Source: an uncultured Planctomycetaceae bacterium
GTDB taxonomy: Bacteria > Planctomycetota > Planctomycetia > Pirellulales > Pirellulaceae
Direction: 5' to 3'
Assembly: GCA_937967665.1 (NCBI GenBank)
Contig: CALBSZ010000696.1
Span: 194 to 64,193 of the forward strand
Length of the DNA: 64,000 nt
The position numbers and the translations under genes were made by a program. Position 1 is the stretch's first letter, and each line of letters opens with the position of its first letter. The notes beneath the pieces were generated by a model. That model searched no databases. It was not told where the DNA came from and worked only from the letters and a program-made list of their open reading frames with translations. Below, in pieces: positions 18,267 through 27,358 of this stretch.

Positions 18267-19607
18267 CTACTCGGGACGTTCGGACTCGGGAATGTGCACG
18301 ATCATGAAGGCGCAGGTGTTCCAACGCACCTTCTTGTCCAGGCTTTCCGCGCCGCGAGCGCCGTTCCAGGTAATGTAGACCTTATCTCCCGCGGGCGAAA
18401 CGGCCGTACCGAACACACCGCTGGGAACGTAATCGTACTTCTTGAAATAGAACGGATGCAGGAAGGCGATCACTTTGCGTTGGCGGGTCTTCACATCGTA
18501 TTGGACCAGCGGCGAGCCGTCTCGTTCGGCCCCCCCGTGCGCGCCGGGCACGTAATACAGATAGCGATTGGTCTGAGGATCCAGGTCGATGCTGGTGGTA
18601 TAGGTCATGCTGCCCACAGCCGCTGAGCCCATGTCGACCACCTTTTCCGTCTGCGTGTTAAAGCTCCACAGGTTGTCGTGATCAATCGTATAGACGTGAT
18701 GATCGGCCGATTCTTCCGAGGCGGCGCGGAGACCGAGGCGCGCGGAGGTCTTCTCCAATCCTTTCGCCGTTTCCGGGTCAAAACGTACGAGTTGCCTTGG
18801 ACCATCCGTCGAATTCGGACTGGACTTGCCTCGGTGGAAATAGAGCTTCCCAGTCGACTTGGCGAAAATCGCGTAGCGGGAAGGGCCGTCTTCGCACGAG
18901 AAGAGCACTTTGCGGCGGGCAATGTCGTAGGCCAGGAACATGGGATCTTTTTCATTCGCGCCGTCCTGAGTCCCGGCGTAATAGATCAAGCGATCGGGAT
19001 CCAGCACGCTCATCGGCAACGTCTGCATCGGCAAAGGCGCGTGCGCCACGATCTCCGCTTTCTGGTCCTCGGGATGATACCGCAGGATCCAATCCCCCTT
19101 GAAGCCGAACTTGGGAATGGTGACGCGCGTCGAGCCTCGATGGGTTGAAAAGTAGAGCCAGCCGTCGCTGCCCAGATCGATCCGGCTGTGAATTTTCCCC
19201 GGCGTGTATTCGCCAGCAGGGACCTTCAAAAGCTTCTTGACATCAACAACCACACGCAGCGATTTCGTCGTCGAGTCGTACTCGTAAAGCAGCGCGTTGC
19301 CGGACGGGCCGTCGTGGTCGCCGATGGCGGAATAGCAGCGATCGCCGACCGCCAGGTTATCGCCCCAGGCCGACCAAAGCTTTGTTTCGTAATCCTGGCC
19401 GGGGTAATACATGAAGTCGACCGTCGGCGGTTCCTTCGCAATGGCAACGCCTGCGCGAAGCGTGTCGGTGGGCTTGAGCATTTGCGGCGACTTATCGGTC
19501 ACGACCGTCTGGCCACCGGGCAACGCCGGTGGAAAGGTGACCTCGGCGGCGTTAACCGCCAGCGGGAAGGCGAATGCGAACACGAGTGCTGAGAATTTGA
19601 GTGACAT
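18267..19607 (-). CDS. Secreted hypothetical protein (probable beta-propeller)
   Basis: 446-aa ORF with signal peptide MSLKFSALVFAFAFPLAVNA and consistent coding character. I recognise no family. Confidence 0.6.
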   Translation of the reverse strand: MSLKFSALVFAFAFPLAVNAAEVTFPPALPGGQTVVTDKSPQMLKPTDTLRAGVAIAKEPPTVDFMYYPGQDYETKLWSAWGDNLAVGDRCYSAIGDHDGPSGNALLYEYDSTTKSLRVVVDVKKLLKVPAGEYTPGKIHSRIDLGSDGWLYFSTHRGSTRVTIPKFGFKGDWILRYHPEDQKAEIVAHAPLPMQTLPMSVLDPDRLIYYAGTQDGANEKDPMFLAYDIARRKVLFSCEDGPSRYAIFAKSTGKLYFHRGKSSPNSTDGPRQLVRFDPETAKGLEKTSARLGLRAASEESADHHVYTIDHDNLWSFNTQTEKVVDMGSAAVGSMTYTTSIDLDPQTNRYLYYVPGAHGGAERDGSPLVQYDVKTRQRKVIAFLHPFYFKKYDYVPSGVFGTAVSPAGDKVYITWNGARGAESLDKKVRWNTCAFMIVHIPESERPE

Positions 19608-19625
19608 TGTGCGGGCCTCGCTAGG

Positions 19626-21218
19626 TTACTCTTCCAAAACAATTCTTTGATTTGCTGCCACGTTGGTTCGGGTGATGCGTTTTCCGTTGGGGAAGCGCAC
19701 GGCCAGGTCCACCGTGTCGTGCTGGGCAAGTCCGAAATGGCAAACCGCCTCCTGGCCGCTGGCATAGCCGTAGCCGATCGTGAGTTCCTGGAAGCCCAGC
19801 AGCGATGGTTCGTCCGTCAACTGTCCGGCGGGGTAGACGCGGATCTGTGAGCCGATCCCCTGCCGGTTGAACGATCGCCCGCGAACGGCCACTTGCAGCC
19901 AGCCCCGTTCCGGAGTACTGGCGTTCCGGAGCAGTCGGGTATGATTGCCGCTGAACCAGTTAATCAGGCACAGATCCACCCGGCCGTCGCGATCGAAATC
20001 GGCCGAGGGTCCCGCGGGGAAATAGACCACTTCGCCCGAGGGTGTCGCCGGCGCGGCGAACCGCGGCAGGCCGTTGTGCAGGCCCAGGTTGCGATAGACC
20101 AGCGGCGTGATCGTGCCATCGTTTCCCAGCCAGGCCGTGGACAGGTAGATGTCGACCCAGCCGTCGTTGTCGAAATCCTGCAATTCGACATGCGGCGACT
20201 TGTTGGACAGTTTCGCCGGCAGGCCCACGGCCGCCGTCACGTCGCGAAACACGGGAAAGCCGTCTTCGATTCCTTCATTCAAGTAGACGCGATTGCGAGG
20301 CTCATGATGATGGATGCTCAGGACCAGATCCAAGCGACCGTCGCGATTCAAATCGGCAAAGTGGGCGCCGCAGGGCCAGTCTTCGCCGTCCACGGGATCC
20401 CAGCGAAATACATCGTTCACAGCGGCGGATTCAACATACTTGCCATCGCGAGTGCTGAAAAACAGGCGGTTGCTGTGCCCAACGAAGAAATCAGGACGGG
20501 TGTCGTCATTCAAATCGGCCACGGCCAGGCCCAGGCCAAAGACATCGTCCGGCAGTCCGACCTGCGTGCTCGCGTCGGAGAAACGGAGATCGCCATCGTT
20601 ATGGAACAAAACCGAGCGGGGATTTTTGGTAAAGCGGTCCTCCACAACGAACAGGTCCAGCAGTCCGTCCTGGTCGTAGTCGAAGACGCCGATGTTCCGA
20701 GCCGTGCCCAGCGAGTTGGGGCAGGCACCCGACTCCGAGGAAATGTCGACAAGCATTCCGCCGTCGTTGCGGAACAGGTTGGAATAACGAAGCTGGGCAT
20801 CATGCTGCGGGCCCGAGTCCCGTTTCGTTCTCCCTTTGCAATTGTTGGCCACGTACAGTTCCGGCAAACCATCGTTATTCAGATCGGCGAAGACCGCGCC
20901 ACTGGTCCGGCCATAGAATTGCACACCGGGCATCTTCGCCAGGGTGAAGACGCCGTTGCCATCGTTAAGGAACAGGCAATTCTTCAGCGGTCCCGGCGCC
21001 GGCAGGTACTCTTCGTCCGGCCGATCGGCGAACCCGCCCACATAGAGGTCCACATCGCCGTCGCTATCGACATCTCCCCAGGCGCCACCGTGTCCCATCA
21101 TGCCCGCCAGCGGTTGTCTTACCCCGGCAGACTCGGTCACGTCCTCAAAAACGATCTGAGCGATCGCGACATGGTTCAGCAGCACGTAAACCAGCGAAAA
21201 CGTTATCGTTCGCAGCAT
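19626..21218 (-). CDS. CRTAC1-family protein (FG-GAP/VCBS repeats + ASPIC/UnbV C-terminal domain)
   Basis: Repeated D.D.DG..D(L/I) FG-GAP-type loops (GDVDSDGDVDLYVGG, ADLNNDGLPELYV, FDYDQDGLLDLFV and others). The C-terminus is WLQVAVRG...GIGSQIRVY...GYASGQE...HFGL (UnbV/ASPIC pattern). Confidence 0.85.
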   Translation of the reverse strand: MLRTITFSLVYVLLNHVAIAQIVFEDVTESAGVRQPLAGMMGHGGAWGDVDSDGDVDLYVGGFADRPDEEYLPAPGPLKNCLFLNDGNGVFTLAKMPGVQFYGRTSGAVFADLNNDGLPELYVANNCKGRTKRDSGPQHDAQLRYSNLFRNDGGMLVDISSESGACPNSLGTARNIGVFDYDQDGLLDLFVVEDRFTKNPRSVLFHNDGDLRFSDASTQVGLPDDVFGLGLAVADLNDDTRPDFFVGHSNRLFFSTRDGKYVESAAVNDVFRWDPVDGEDWPCGAHFADLNRDGRLDLVLSIHHHEPRNRVYLNEGIEDGFPVFRDVTAAVGLPAKLSNKSPHVELQDFDNDGWVDIYLSTAWLGNDGTITPLVYRNLGLHNGLPRFAAPATPSGEVVYFPAGPSADFDRDGRVDLCLINWFSGNHTRLLRNASTPERGWLQVAVRGRSFNRQGIGSQIRVYPAGQLTDEPSLLGFQELTIGYGYASGQEAVCHFGLAQHDTVDLAVRFPNGKRITRTNVAANQRIVLEE

Positions 21219-21338
21219 GGGATCCCTCGTTCATTGAAGCGCTGCCGACCAGCATAACACCAATGCAAACCGCCGCATAGCATCGCGGGCGATTGGTAGT
21301 GTCCTAATCTTGTGGTGCAGGCGTGAAAATACAAGCCC

Positions 21339-21398
21339 GCAGCGCGAGCAAGTGCGTTTTCTCCGGGATTTCGACACTGACTCACTCGCTTGCGCGTC
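21339..21398. repeat. Inverted pair of the dispersed GCAGCGCGAGCAAGTG core repeat
   Basis: Forward core at 21339-21354, identical to 5651-5666. A diverged reverse copy CACTCGCTTGCGCGTC at 21383-21398 matches 12 of 16 bases when reverse-complemented. It is intergenic between the CRTAC1-like and EF-hand genes. Confidence 0.65.
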
Positions 21399-21536
21399 GT
21401 GCTTATACCGGCACCACAACTTTAGGACACCGCCGGGAGATTCGCTGTTGTCCGTCCCGTCTTTTTTTCCCGCGAGTCCACGACCGCCCCCGTTCGCCGA
21501 TTGATGAACCGAAAGCAACAGGTCGTTCCGCCGGCG

Positions 21537-22739
21537 CTATCTGGATGATTCGGCTTCGAGGCATTCCGCGGCGGTGATGCAGCCATCGCCATTCAGATCG
21601 CAAGTGGCGAACTCGGCCGCTTTCGCGTCGCTCCAGATCGCGGCGTACTCCGACATCATTACCTGGCCGTCGGCGTTGGCGTCCACTCGCAGGAACCAAT
21701 CCGGCAGTCCCTTGGGTAAGCGTTCGGCCGGTGTCAGGAAGCGGTAGCTCTTCCTATCGCTAGACGAAGAACGCGCGTCGTTATCACGGGACCTGTAGCG
21801 AGAACCGGAACGCGAGGAGGTGTTCGAACGACGCGTGTCCGACGTGGACGCAGCGCTTGACGAACCGCTCTTACCGTAGTTGGACAGTCGCGCGGTGAGT
21901 TCGTCGAGCGTCAGGATGCCGTCTCCGTTGGCGTCGGAGTTGCGAGAATAGCCGCGCATTTTTTGCCACTCGTCTTTTTCGAGTACTCCGTTCTTGTTGG
22001 CATCGTACTGCCGCAGCAGCCCTTCCGCGTAACGTCGCACGCGGCTGCTGTCGCCGGATGAGGAACTGCTGGAACCGGACTGCCGGCCGAACCCCGACGG
22101 GGACTTCGATGACGGCGAGGACGAAGGCTTTTGCGATCCCCAGCGCTGAGCCACACGTTCACAGAACTCGACGCGCGACAGGATCCCATCATGGTTCAAA
22201 TCCGATTCCGTCGGCGGCGGACTGGACCAGCGCACTCCATTCCATTCCTCCTGGTCCAGTTGCCCGTTCTTGTTCTTGTCGTAGCGATAGAGGATGCGGT
22301 CGACATACTCGATCACACGCTTTTCGTAACGTTGCTCAATCGGCCGCGTCGATGCCAGCGGGCTGTCCGGTAACACGTCGAATCCAAACGGCTTCGGCCG
22401 GTCGTCGGGTTCGCCAAAGCCGGGCACGAGCGGCTCGGACTGCGATCGCGTGCCACGGGAAGAACGCTCCGTGCTGGCAGACGATTCGCGTGAACGTGAA
22501 TCGGATCGCAAGGCTGCGTAGACGTCCTTGAGCTTGACAGGCTGGCTGAGATCCAGTCCAGCCTCCTGCGCCTTCCGTGTTAAGAATGGGCGAACGCGAT
22601 CGGTGATTTCGCCCGGCTGCAGCAGGCCGTCCTCGTTTTCGTCCAGCCGGCGGAGCATTTCCTTGGCATCGAACGACTGGGCAGGGGCCAGCGCTCCCAC
22701 ACCTGTCAATAGAAGAAAAACAAAAAGTCGCACCTTCAT
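21537..22739 (-). CDS. Secreted multi-EF-hand calcium-binding protein
   Basis: Signal MKVRLFVFLLLTGVGALAPAQS (start at 22739 preferred to 22817). It has seven canonical 12-residue loops: DENEDGLLQPGE, DKNKNGQLDQEE, DLNHDGILSRVE, DANKNGVLEKDE, DANGDGILTLDE, DANADGQVMMSE, DLNGDGCITAAE. Confidence 0.85.
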   Translation of the reverse strand: MKVRLFVFLLLTGVGALAPAQSFDAKEMLRRLDENEDGLLQPGEITDRVRPFLTRKAQEAGLDLSQPVKLKDVYAALRSDSRSRESSASTERSSRGTRSQSEPLVPGFGEPDDRPKPFGFDVLPDSPLASTRPIEQRYEKRVIEYVDRILYRYDKNKNGQLDQEEWNGVRWSSPPPTESDLNHDGILSRVEFCERVAQRWGSQKPSSSPSSKSPSGFGRQSGSSSSSSGDSSRVRRYAEGLLRQYDANKNGVLEKDEWQKMRGYSRNSDANGDGILTLDELTARLSNYGKSGSSSAASTSDTRRSNTSSRSGSRYRSRDNDARSSSSDRKSYRFLTPAERLPKGLPDWFLRVDANADGQVMMSEYAAIWSDAKAAEFATCDLNGDGCITAAECLEAESSR

Positions 22740-22967
22740 GCCGGCACCTTCGCTCGAGTATGCGTCCTTCTTATTGTACCGCAAGTGCTTTGAGAATAAA
22801 ATGTTGTGTTCCGCCACGCCTAAAAGATTTTCGCCAGCGAAACAATCCGGACTCGAACGGGTTAATACAGACTGAGCTCATGCCGATCGACAGCTTGCTG
22901 GATAAGGCCGCGTGAAGCCGCTGTGTAAGTCGAAACAATTCATCCTTGCTATCCGGAGTAGAAAACT

Positions 22968-23693
22968 ATGTTGCGTCGTTACAGTCTCCTGTTGTCGTTC
23001 GCCGTCTTGGGCGTTCTGGGCGTGTCAACCATGGCGACAGCTCAACCACCCGGACGCGGTCCCGGTGGTTTTGGTGGTGGCCCCCGTGGCGGCGGGCTGT
23101 TGGACCTGCTGCGTAACGAAGAAGTTCGCACGGAATTGGGCATCCTGGACGACCAACTGGCCCCGCTGCGTGAAGCGGAACAGGAAATGCGGAATCAAGC
23201 GCGGGAAATGTTCTCGGGCCTCCGCGACCTTAACCAGGAAGAACGCGAAGCCCGGTTCGCCGAAATACGTGCCAAGTTCGAAGGCTTGCGCGAAGAGATG
23301 CAAAGCAAGATTGAATCGAGCCTGCTGCCGCACCAGGTGGACCGCTTGCGGCAGATTGCCACGCAGATGCAGATACAGCGCGGAGGGGCGAGCGGCATTT
23401 TGAACGATCGCATGAAAGAATCACTGGGCATTAGTGACGAGCAGGAAGAGGCACTGCGCAAAGCCGCGGAAGAAGCGGAAACGGAAATGCGGGCCAAAGT
23501 GGCTAAACTGCGGGAAGAAGCCCAGCAAAAGGTGCTCCGCGTGCTGACCCCCGAGCAGCGGGCCAAGTTCCAGGAAATGGTCGGCGAACCGTTCGAATTG
23601 ACTCAGCGACCCGGATTCGGCGGGGGGTTCAATCGCGGTGGCCGTGACGGAAGCCGGGGCCGCGGGAGCAACCAGCGTTCCGAGTCCGAGTAG
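22968..23693 (+). CDS. Secreted Spy/CpxP-like (LTXXQ-motif) helical protein with Gly/Arg-rich termini
   Basis: Signal peptide, a charged helical core with LTPEQRAKF and LLPHQVDRL motifs, and GGFGGG / RGG-rich ends. Confidence 0.6.
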   Translation: MLRRYSLLLSFAVLGVLGVSTMATAQPPGRGPGGFGGGPRGGGLLDLLRNEEVRTELGILDDQLAPLREAEQEMRNQAREMFSGLRDLNQEEREARFAEIRAKFEGLREEMQSKIESSLLPHQVDRLRQIATQMQIQRGGASGILNDRMKESLGISDEQEEALRKAAEEAETEMRAKVAKLREEAQQKVLRVLTPEQRAKFQEMVGEPFELTQRPGFGGGFNRGGRDGSRGRGSNQRSESE

Positions 23694-23763
23694 AATTGGC
23701 AGACGAACCAGGGTGTGGACTCGACGGGGATATCCGGGTCGCGCTCCACGCCATTTACGACTA

Positions 23764-23794
23764 GCACCCCGGCTGCCTGAAACGGCCGGGGTGC
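23764..23794 (+). terminator. GC-rich hairpin (10-bp perfect stem, 11-nt loop) between the LTXXQ gene and gspE
   Basis: GCACCCCGGC...GCCGGGGTGC paired base by base. It is followed only by a weak T run (GTGTTT) and ends 17 nt before the gspE ATG, so it could equally be a 5' leader structure. Confidence 0.35.
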
Positions 23795-23810
23795 CGGTGT
23801 TTGGGAAATC

Positions 23811-25430
23811 ATGGAAGCAGGCGATATTTTACTCCGTCGAGGACTTCTCGACAGCGATCAACTCAAACGGTCACGTACGGCAAATGGCGAAGAAGGAACG
23901 TTAGTCGACGCGGCGGTTCGCCTGGGATTCTGCCAGGAAGCGGACGCGCTGCGCGCCGTCGGAGATGAAATCGGCATCGACTTCGTGGACCTCAACGAGG
24001 CGGAGGTCGACCTGACTCTGCTGGCGGGGTTTCCTCAAAAGCTGATCTATCGCGAATCCCTCTTTCCGATCCGGCGAAATAACGGCCAGCTGGTGGTGGC
24101 CACTTGCGATCCGTTTGATCTGTACCCCTTGGACGAAGTGAGTGCGGCCACGGGGCTGTCGGTCCTGCCGGTGCTGGCCGAACGGCACGAAATCGCCAAG
24201 CTTATCAAAAAGCATCTCGGCGTCGGCGGTGAAACGATCGACGGCTTGATGGAACAGACCAAGGACGACGACCTGCAGCTGATCGGCGATATCGAAACGG
24301 ACGACTCGGAACTGTCCGAGATGGCGCAGGAGGCGTCCGTCATTCGGCTCGTGAACGAAATCCTGCTGGAAGCCATCGAGTCGCGGGCTAGCGATGTGCA
24401 CATCGAATCGCAGCCCACCGGACTCACCGTCCGCTACCGGATTGACGGGATGCTGCATCCTCAACCGGTGCCGCCCGAGATTCGCCGCTTTGAATCGGCC
24501 ATCGTCAGCCGCTTGAAAATCATGGCCCGCTTGAACATCGCCGAGAAGCGGCTGCCGCAAGACGGCCGCATGAAACTGAAAGTCGGCGGTCGCGAAATCG
24601 ATGTCCGCGTCTCGGTCATTCCCATGATTCACGGCGAGGGAATCGTGCTCCGTATCCTGGACAAGGGGAGCATGAACTTCGACTTGAAACAGCTGGGCAT
24701 GGCTCCGGACACGTACCAGATCTACCGTGAATTGATCGAAATGCCCCACGGAATTGTGCTGGTTACCGGGCCCACCGGGTCGGGTAAGACAACGACCTTG
24801 TATAGTTCCCTGCTGGAAATCAAGAGCGATTCCAACAAGATCATCACTACCGAGGATCCCGTGGAATACCAGTTGGCCGGGATCAATCAGATTCAGGTTC
24901 ATCACCAGATCGGCTTGACCTTCGCCCATTCGTTGCGAAGCATCCTGCGACACGATCCCGATATCGTTCTGGTCGGTGAAATTCGAGACTACGAAACGGC
25001 CGAAAACGCCATTCAAGCCTCCCTGACGGGACACCTGGTATTCAGTACGCTGCACACCAACGATGCGGCCGGAGCGTACACGCGTTTGGTGGACATGGGG
25101 GTGGAACCGTTCCTGGTAGCCAGCACGGTCGAAGCCGTGATGGCGCAGCGGCTGGTCCGTCGTCTGTGCAAACACTGCCGCGTTCCCTACACCCCCGGCG
25201 ATCAGGATTTACCGCAAGACTTCCCGCTTAACGAACTGACCGGCGACATCTACCGCAGTGCTGGTTGCCGTCAGTGCCGCGGTGTCGGTTATCAGGGCCG
25301 TGTCGGTATTTACGAGCTGCTGGTCACGTGCGATGAAGTGCGTCAATTGGCCCATGACAGCGAAAGTAGTTGGAAAATCAAGCAGACTGCTGTGCATAAT
25401 GGAATGCAGACCCTGCGACACGACGGCTAG
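23811..25430 (+). CDS. gspE: Type II secretion / type IV pilus assembly ATPase (GspE/PilB family); ORF ends at an in-frame TAG, conserved C-terminus continues to 25511
   Basis: N-terminal T2SSE_N-like domain, Walker A GPTGSGKTTT, Asp box, Walker B IVLVGEIRD, His box, and a CxxC...CxxC tetracysteine. After TAG (25428-30) the same frame reads RKVLEGVISVEEVLRVTKGDRIIDMK*. Confidence 0.9.
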   Translation: MEAGDILLRRGLLDSDQLKRSRTANGEEGTLVDAAVRLGFCQEADALRAVGDEIGIDFVDLNEAEVDLTLLAGFPQKLIYRESLFPIRRNNGQLVVATCDPFDLYPLDEVSAATGLSVLPVLAERHEIAKLIKKHLGVGGETIDGLMEQTKDDDLQLIGDIETDDSELSEMAQEASVIRLVNEILLEAIESRASDVHIESQPTGLTVRYRIDGMLHPQPVPPEIRRFESAIVSRLKIMARLNIAEKRLPQDGRMKLKVGGREIDVRVSVIPMIHGEGIVLRILDKGSMNFDLKQLGMAPDTYQIYRELIEMPHGIVLVTGPTGSGKTTTLYSSLLEIKSDSNKIITTEDPVEYQLAGINQIQVHHQIGLTFAHSLRSILRHDPDIVLVGEIRDYETAENAIQASLTGHLVFSTLHTNDAAGAYTRLVDMGVEPFLVASTVEAVMAQRLVRRLCKHCRVPYTPGDQDLPQDFPLNELTGDIYRSAGCRQCRGVGYQGRVGIYELLVTCDEVRQLAHDSESSWKIKQTAVHNGMQTLRHDG

Positions 25431-25632
25431 CGCAAAGTGCTGGAAGGCGTGATTTCGGTGGAAGAGGTACTGCGCGTGACCAAGGGTGACCGCATCATCG
25501 ACATGAAATAGCCGCTTTCGGGGGCCCACAAATTCACCCACGATTTCAACGCGTCTGGACCGAAAACGTGCCCGATCGAGACCATATCGAATAGAACAAC
25601 TGCCACCGCCGTACGACATCCCTCGACAACCC

Positions 25633-26832
25633 ATGCCTGATTTCGCCTACATCGCGCGCAACACAACCGGCCAGAAGGTGAGTGGTCGCGTATCGGCCGG
25701 CAGCGAGCGGGAAGTGGTGGCGATCCTGTCGGGGCAAGCTCTCTTTCCCGTCCCTGTGACCGAAGAAAAGCGTGCGCGGCGGATCGGGGGACGACGCGTC
25801 AGCGGCAATTTGATGGCTGCCACTTACGGCCAACTGGCCGCGCTGCTCCGTAGCGGCGTCGCGCTCCTCCGCAGCCTGAACGTGCTTCGCGAACAGACCT
25901 CGAACGAGCGCCTGAAGGAAGTGTTGGACGACGTCCATCATCGTGTGGAAGAGGGATCGACGCTGGCGGACGCCATGGCACGCCATCCACGCGTCTTCGC
26001 CGAGATGGCTGTCAGTATGATTCGGGCCGGCGGCGAGGGCGGGTTTCTGGAAGATGCCTTGGATCGGGTGGCTCAGTTTACCGAAGAGCAAGAAGACCTG
26101 AAGAGCCGCACGGTCGGCGCGCTGGCCTACCCGATCATCCTCATGACCATCGGCTCGACAGTCGTGTTTGGCCTGGTCGTGTTCTTTGTGCCGAAATTCG
26201 CGGCCATGTTTGACCGCTTGCGGCAGCGCGGGCAACTTCCCGTCCTGACCGATTGGTTGTTGTGGTTTAGCGATACCATGCGGGACTGGGGCCTGTACTT
26301 GCTGCTGGCGCTGGTGACCGTATTGTTTCTGCTGCGCACGCGGCTGGCATCAGAAAACGGCCGCCGTTGGCGCGATCGGGTGGAACGCCGCATCCCCAGG
26401 GCGGGTAATATCTTTACGAATCTGGCCGTCGCCCGTTTTTGCCGGGTCCTGGGGACACTGCTCAAGAATGGCGTGCCGATTTTGAAAGCCCTGGAGATCA
26501 GCCGGGAAGCCGCCGGGAACCGGATTCTGTCCGAGGCGGTGGGGCAGGCCTCGGAGAATATCACCGCCGGCCAGTCACTGGCGGAGCCCCTGGCCAGTTG
26601 CAAGTACTTCCCCAAAACGGTCGTCGAAATGATCGCGGTTGCGGAGGAGTCCAACACGCTGGATCGGGTGCTGGTCGATATTTCAGACGGACTGGAACGC
26701 CGCACCACAAGAAGACTCGACTTGATGGTCCGTTTGCTGGAACCATTGATGCTGGTGATCCTGGCAACGGTCGTGTTGCTGGTGGTCATCGCACTTTTGC
26801 TACCTGTAATTAAGATGAGCAGTTCGATTTAA
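25633..26832 (+). CDS. gspF: Type II secretion system platform protein GspF/PilC
   Basis: 399 aa. It has two repeated T2SSF halves (ATYGQLAALLRSGVALLRSL... and VARFCRVLGTLLKNGVPILKAL...) and three hydrophobic segments. Confidence 0.9.
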   Translation: MPDFAYIARNTTGQKVSGRVSAGSEREVVAILSGQALFPVPVTEEKRARRIGGRRVSGNLMAATYGQLAALLRSGVALLRSLNVLREQTSNERLKEVLDDVHHRVEEGSTLADAMARHPRVFAEMAVSMIRAGGEGGFLEDALDRVAQFTEEQEDLKSRTVGALAYPIILMTIGSTVVFGLVVFFVPKFAAMFDRLRQRGQLPVLTDWLLWFSDTMRDWGLYLLLALVTVLFLLRTRLASENGRRWRDRVERRIPRAGNIFTNLAVARFCRVLGTLLKNGVPILKALEISREAAGNRILSEAVGQASENITAGQSLAEPLASCKYFPKTVVEMIAVAEESNTLDRVLVDISDGLERRTTRRLDLMVRLLEPLMLVILATVVLLVVIALLLPVIKMSSSI

Positions 26833-26941
26833 ATCAATAGTGAAGCCGTGGCCGCACACTGGCTGTCGCGATCCGGGAACGGAGTCGAGGCGACGCTGCC
26901 GGGAAACCGCACGGCCTGACTCAAGACAAGGAGATGAGGAA

Positions 26942-27358
26942 ATGAACCGAAAAGTGTCACGCCGTCGGCGGCAAGGATTTACTCTGCTTGAAGTGCTCTT
27001 GGTCCTGGCGATCCTGGTGATCCTGGGATCGATGGTCGGCGTCTACTTCGTCGGCATGCAGGACCGCGGCTACGCGGATGCCGCGAAGACGCAAATGGGA
27101 TTGTTTGAACAGCAAATGAAATTCTTCCGCATGGACGTCGGCCGCTATCCGTCGAACCTGGAAGACCTGCGCAAGGCGCCCGCGGATCTCGCCAACCCGG
27201 AAAAGTGGAAAGGCCCGTACGCGGAGAAAGACCTTCCCCCGGATCCCTGGGGACGGCCTTATCAGCTGGAAGCGGACGGACAGTTCTATACCATCAAGTC
27301 GCTGGGCCCCGATATCAACGACGCCTCCGATGACATTACCGTGTCGAACAAGTCATGA
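26942..27358 (+). CDS. gspG: Major pseudopilin GspG
   Basis: Start at ATG 26942 with AGGAG upstream. Prepilin leader RRRRQG|FTLLEVLLVLAILVILG, then the GspG core (KTQMGLFEQQMKFFRMDVGRYPSNLEDL...WKGPY...PPDPWGRPYQ...SLGPD). Confidence 0.9.
   Translation: MNRKVSRRRRQGFTLLEVLLVLAILVILGSMVGVYFVGMQDRGYADAAKTQMGLFEQQMKFFRMDVGRYPSNLEDLRKAPADLANPEKWKGPYAEKDLPPDPWGRPYQLEADGQFYTIKSLGPDINDASDDITVSNKS

Noticed and set aside
19893-21257. 454-aa plus-strand ORF
   Set aside because: It is a shadow ORF antisense to the CRTAC1/VCBS gene, as is typical of GC-rich DNA, and has no family features. The same reasoning applies to 1705..2364, 3094..4104, 8754..9824, 12712..13746, 36562..37794, 44331..45371, 45568..46422, 46870..47814 and 52199..53842.
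23901-25175. 424-aa minus-strand ORF inside gspE
   Set aside because: It is antisense to an unambiguous GspE ATPase and has no recognisable motifs.
25428-25430. The TAG in gspE as programmed recoding (pyrrolysine or similar)
   Set aside because: No pyl genes or recoding signals are visible, and other genes in the window use TAG as an ordinary stop. A point mutation or sequencing error is the simpler default; it is reported as a finding, not as recoding.
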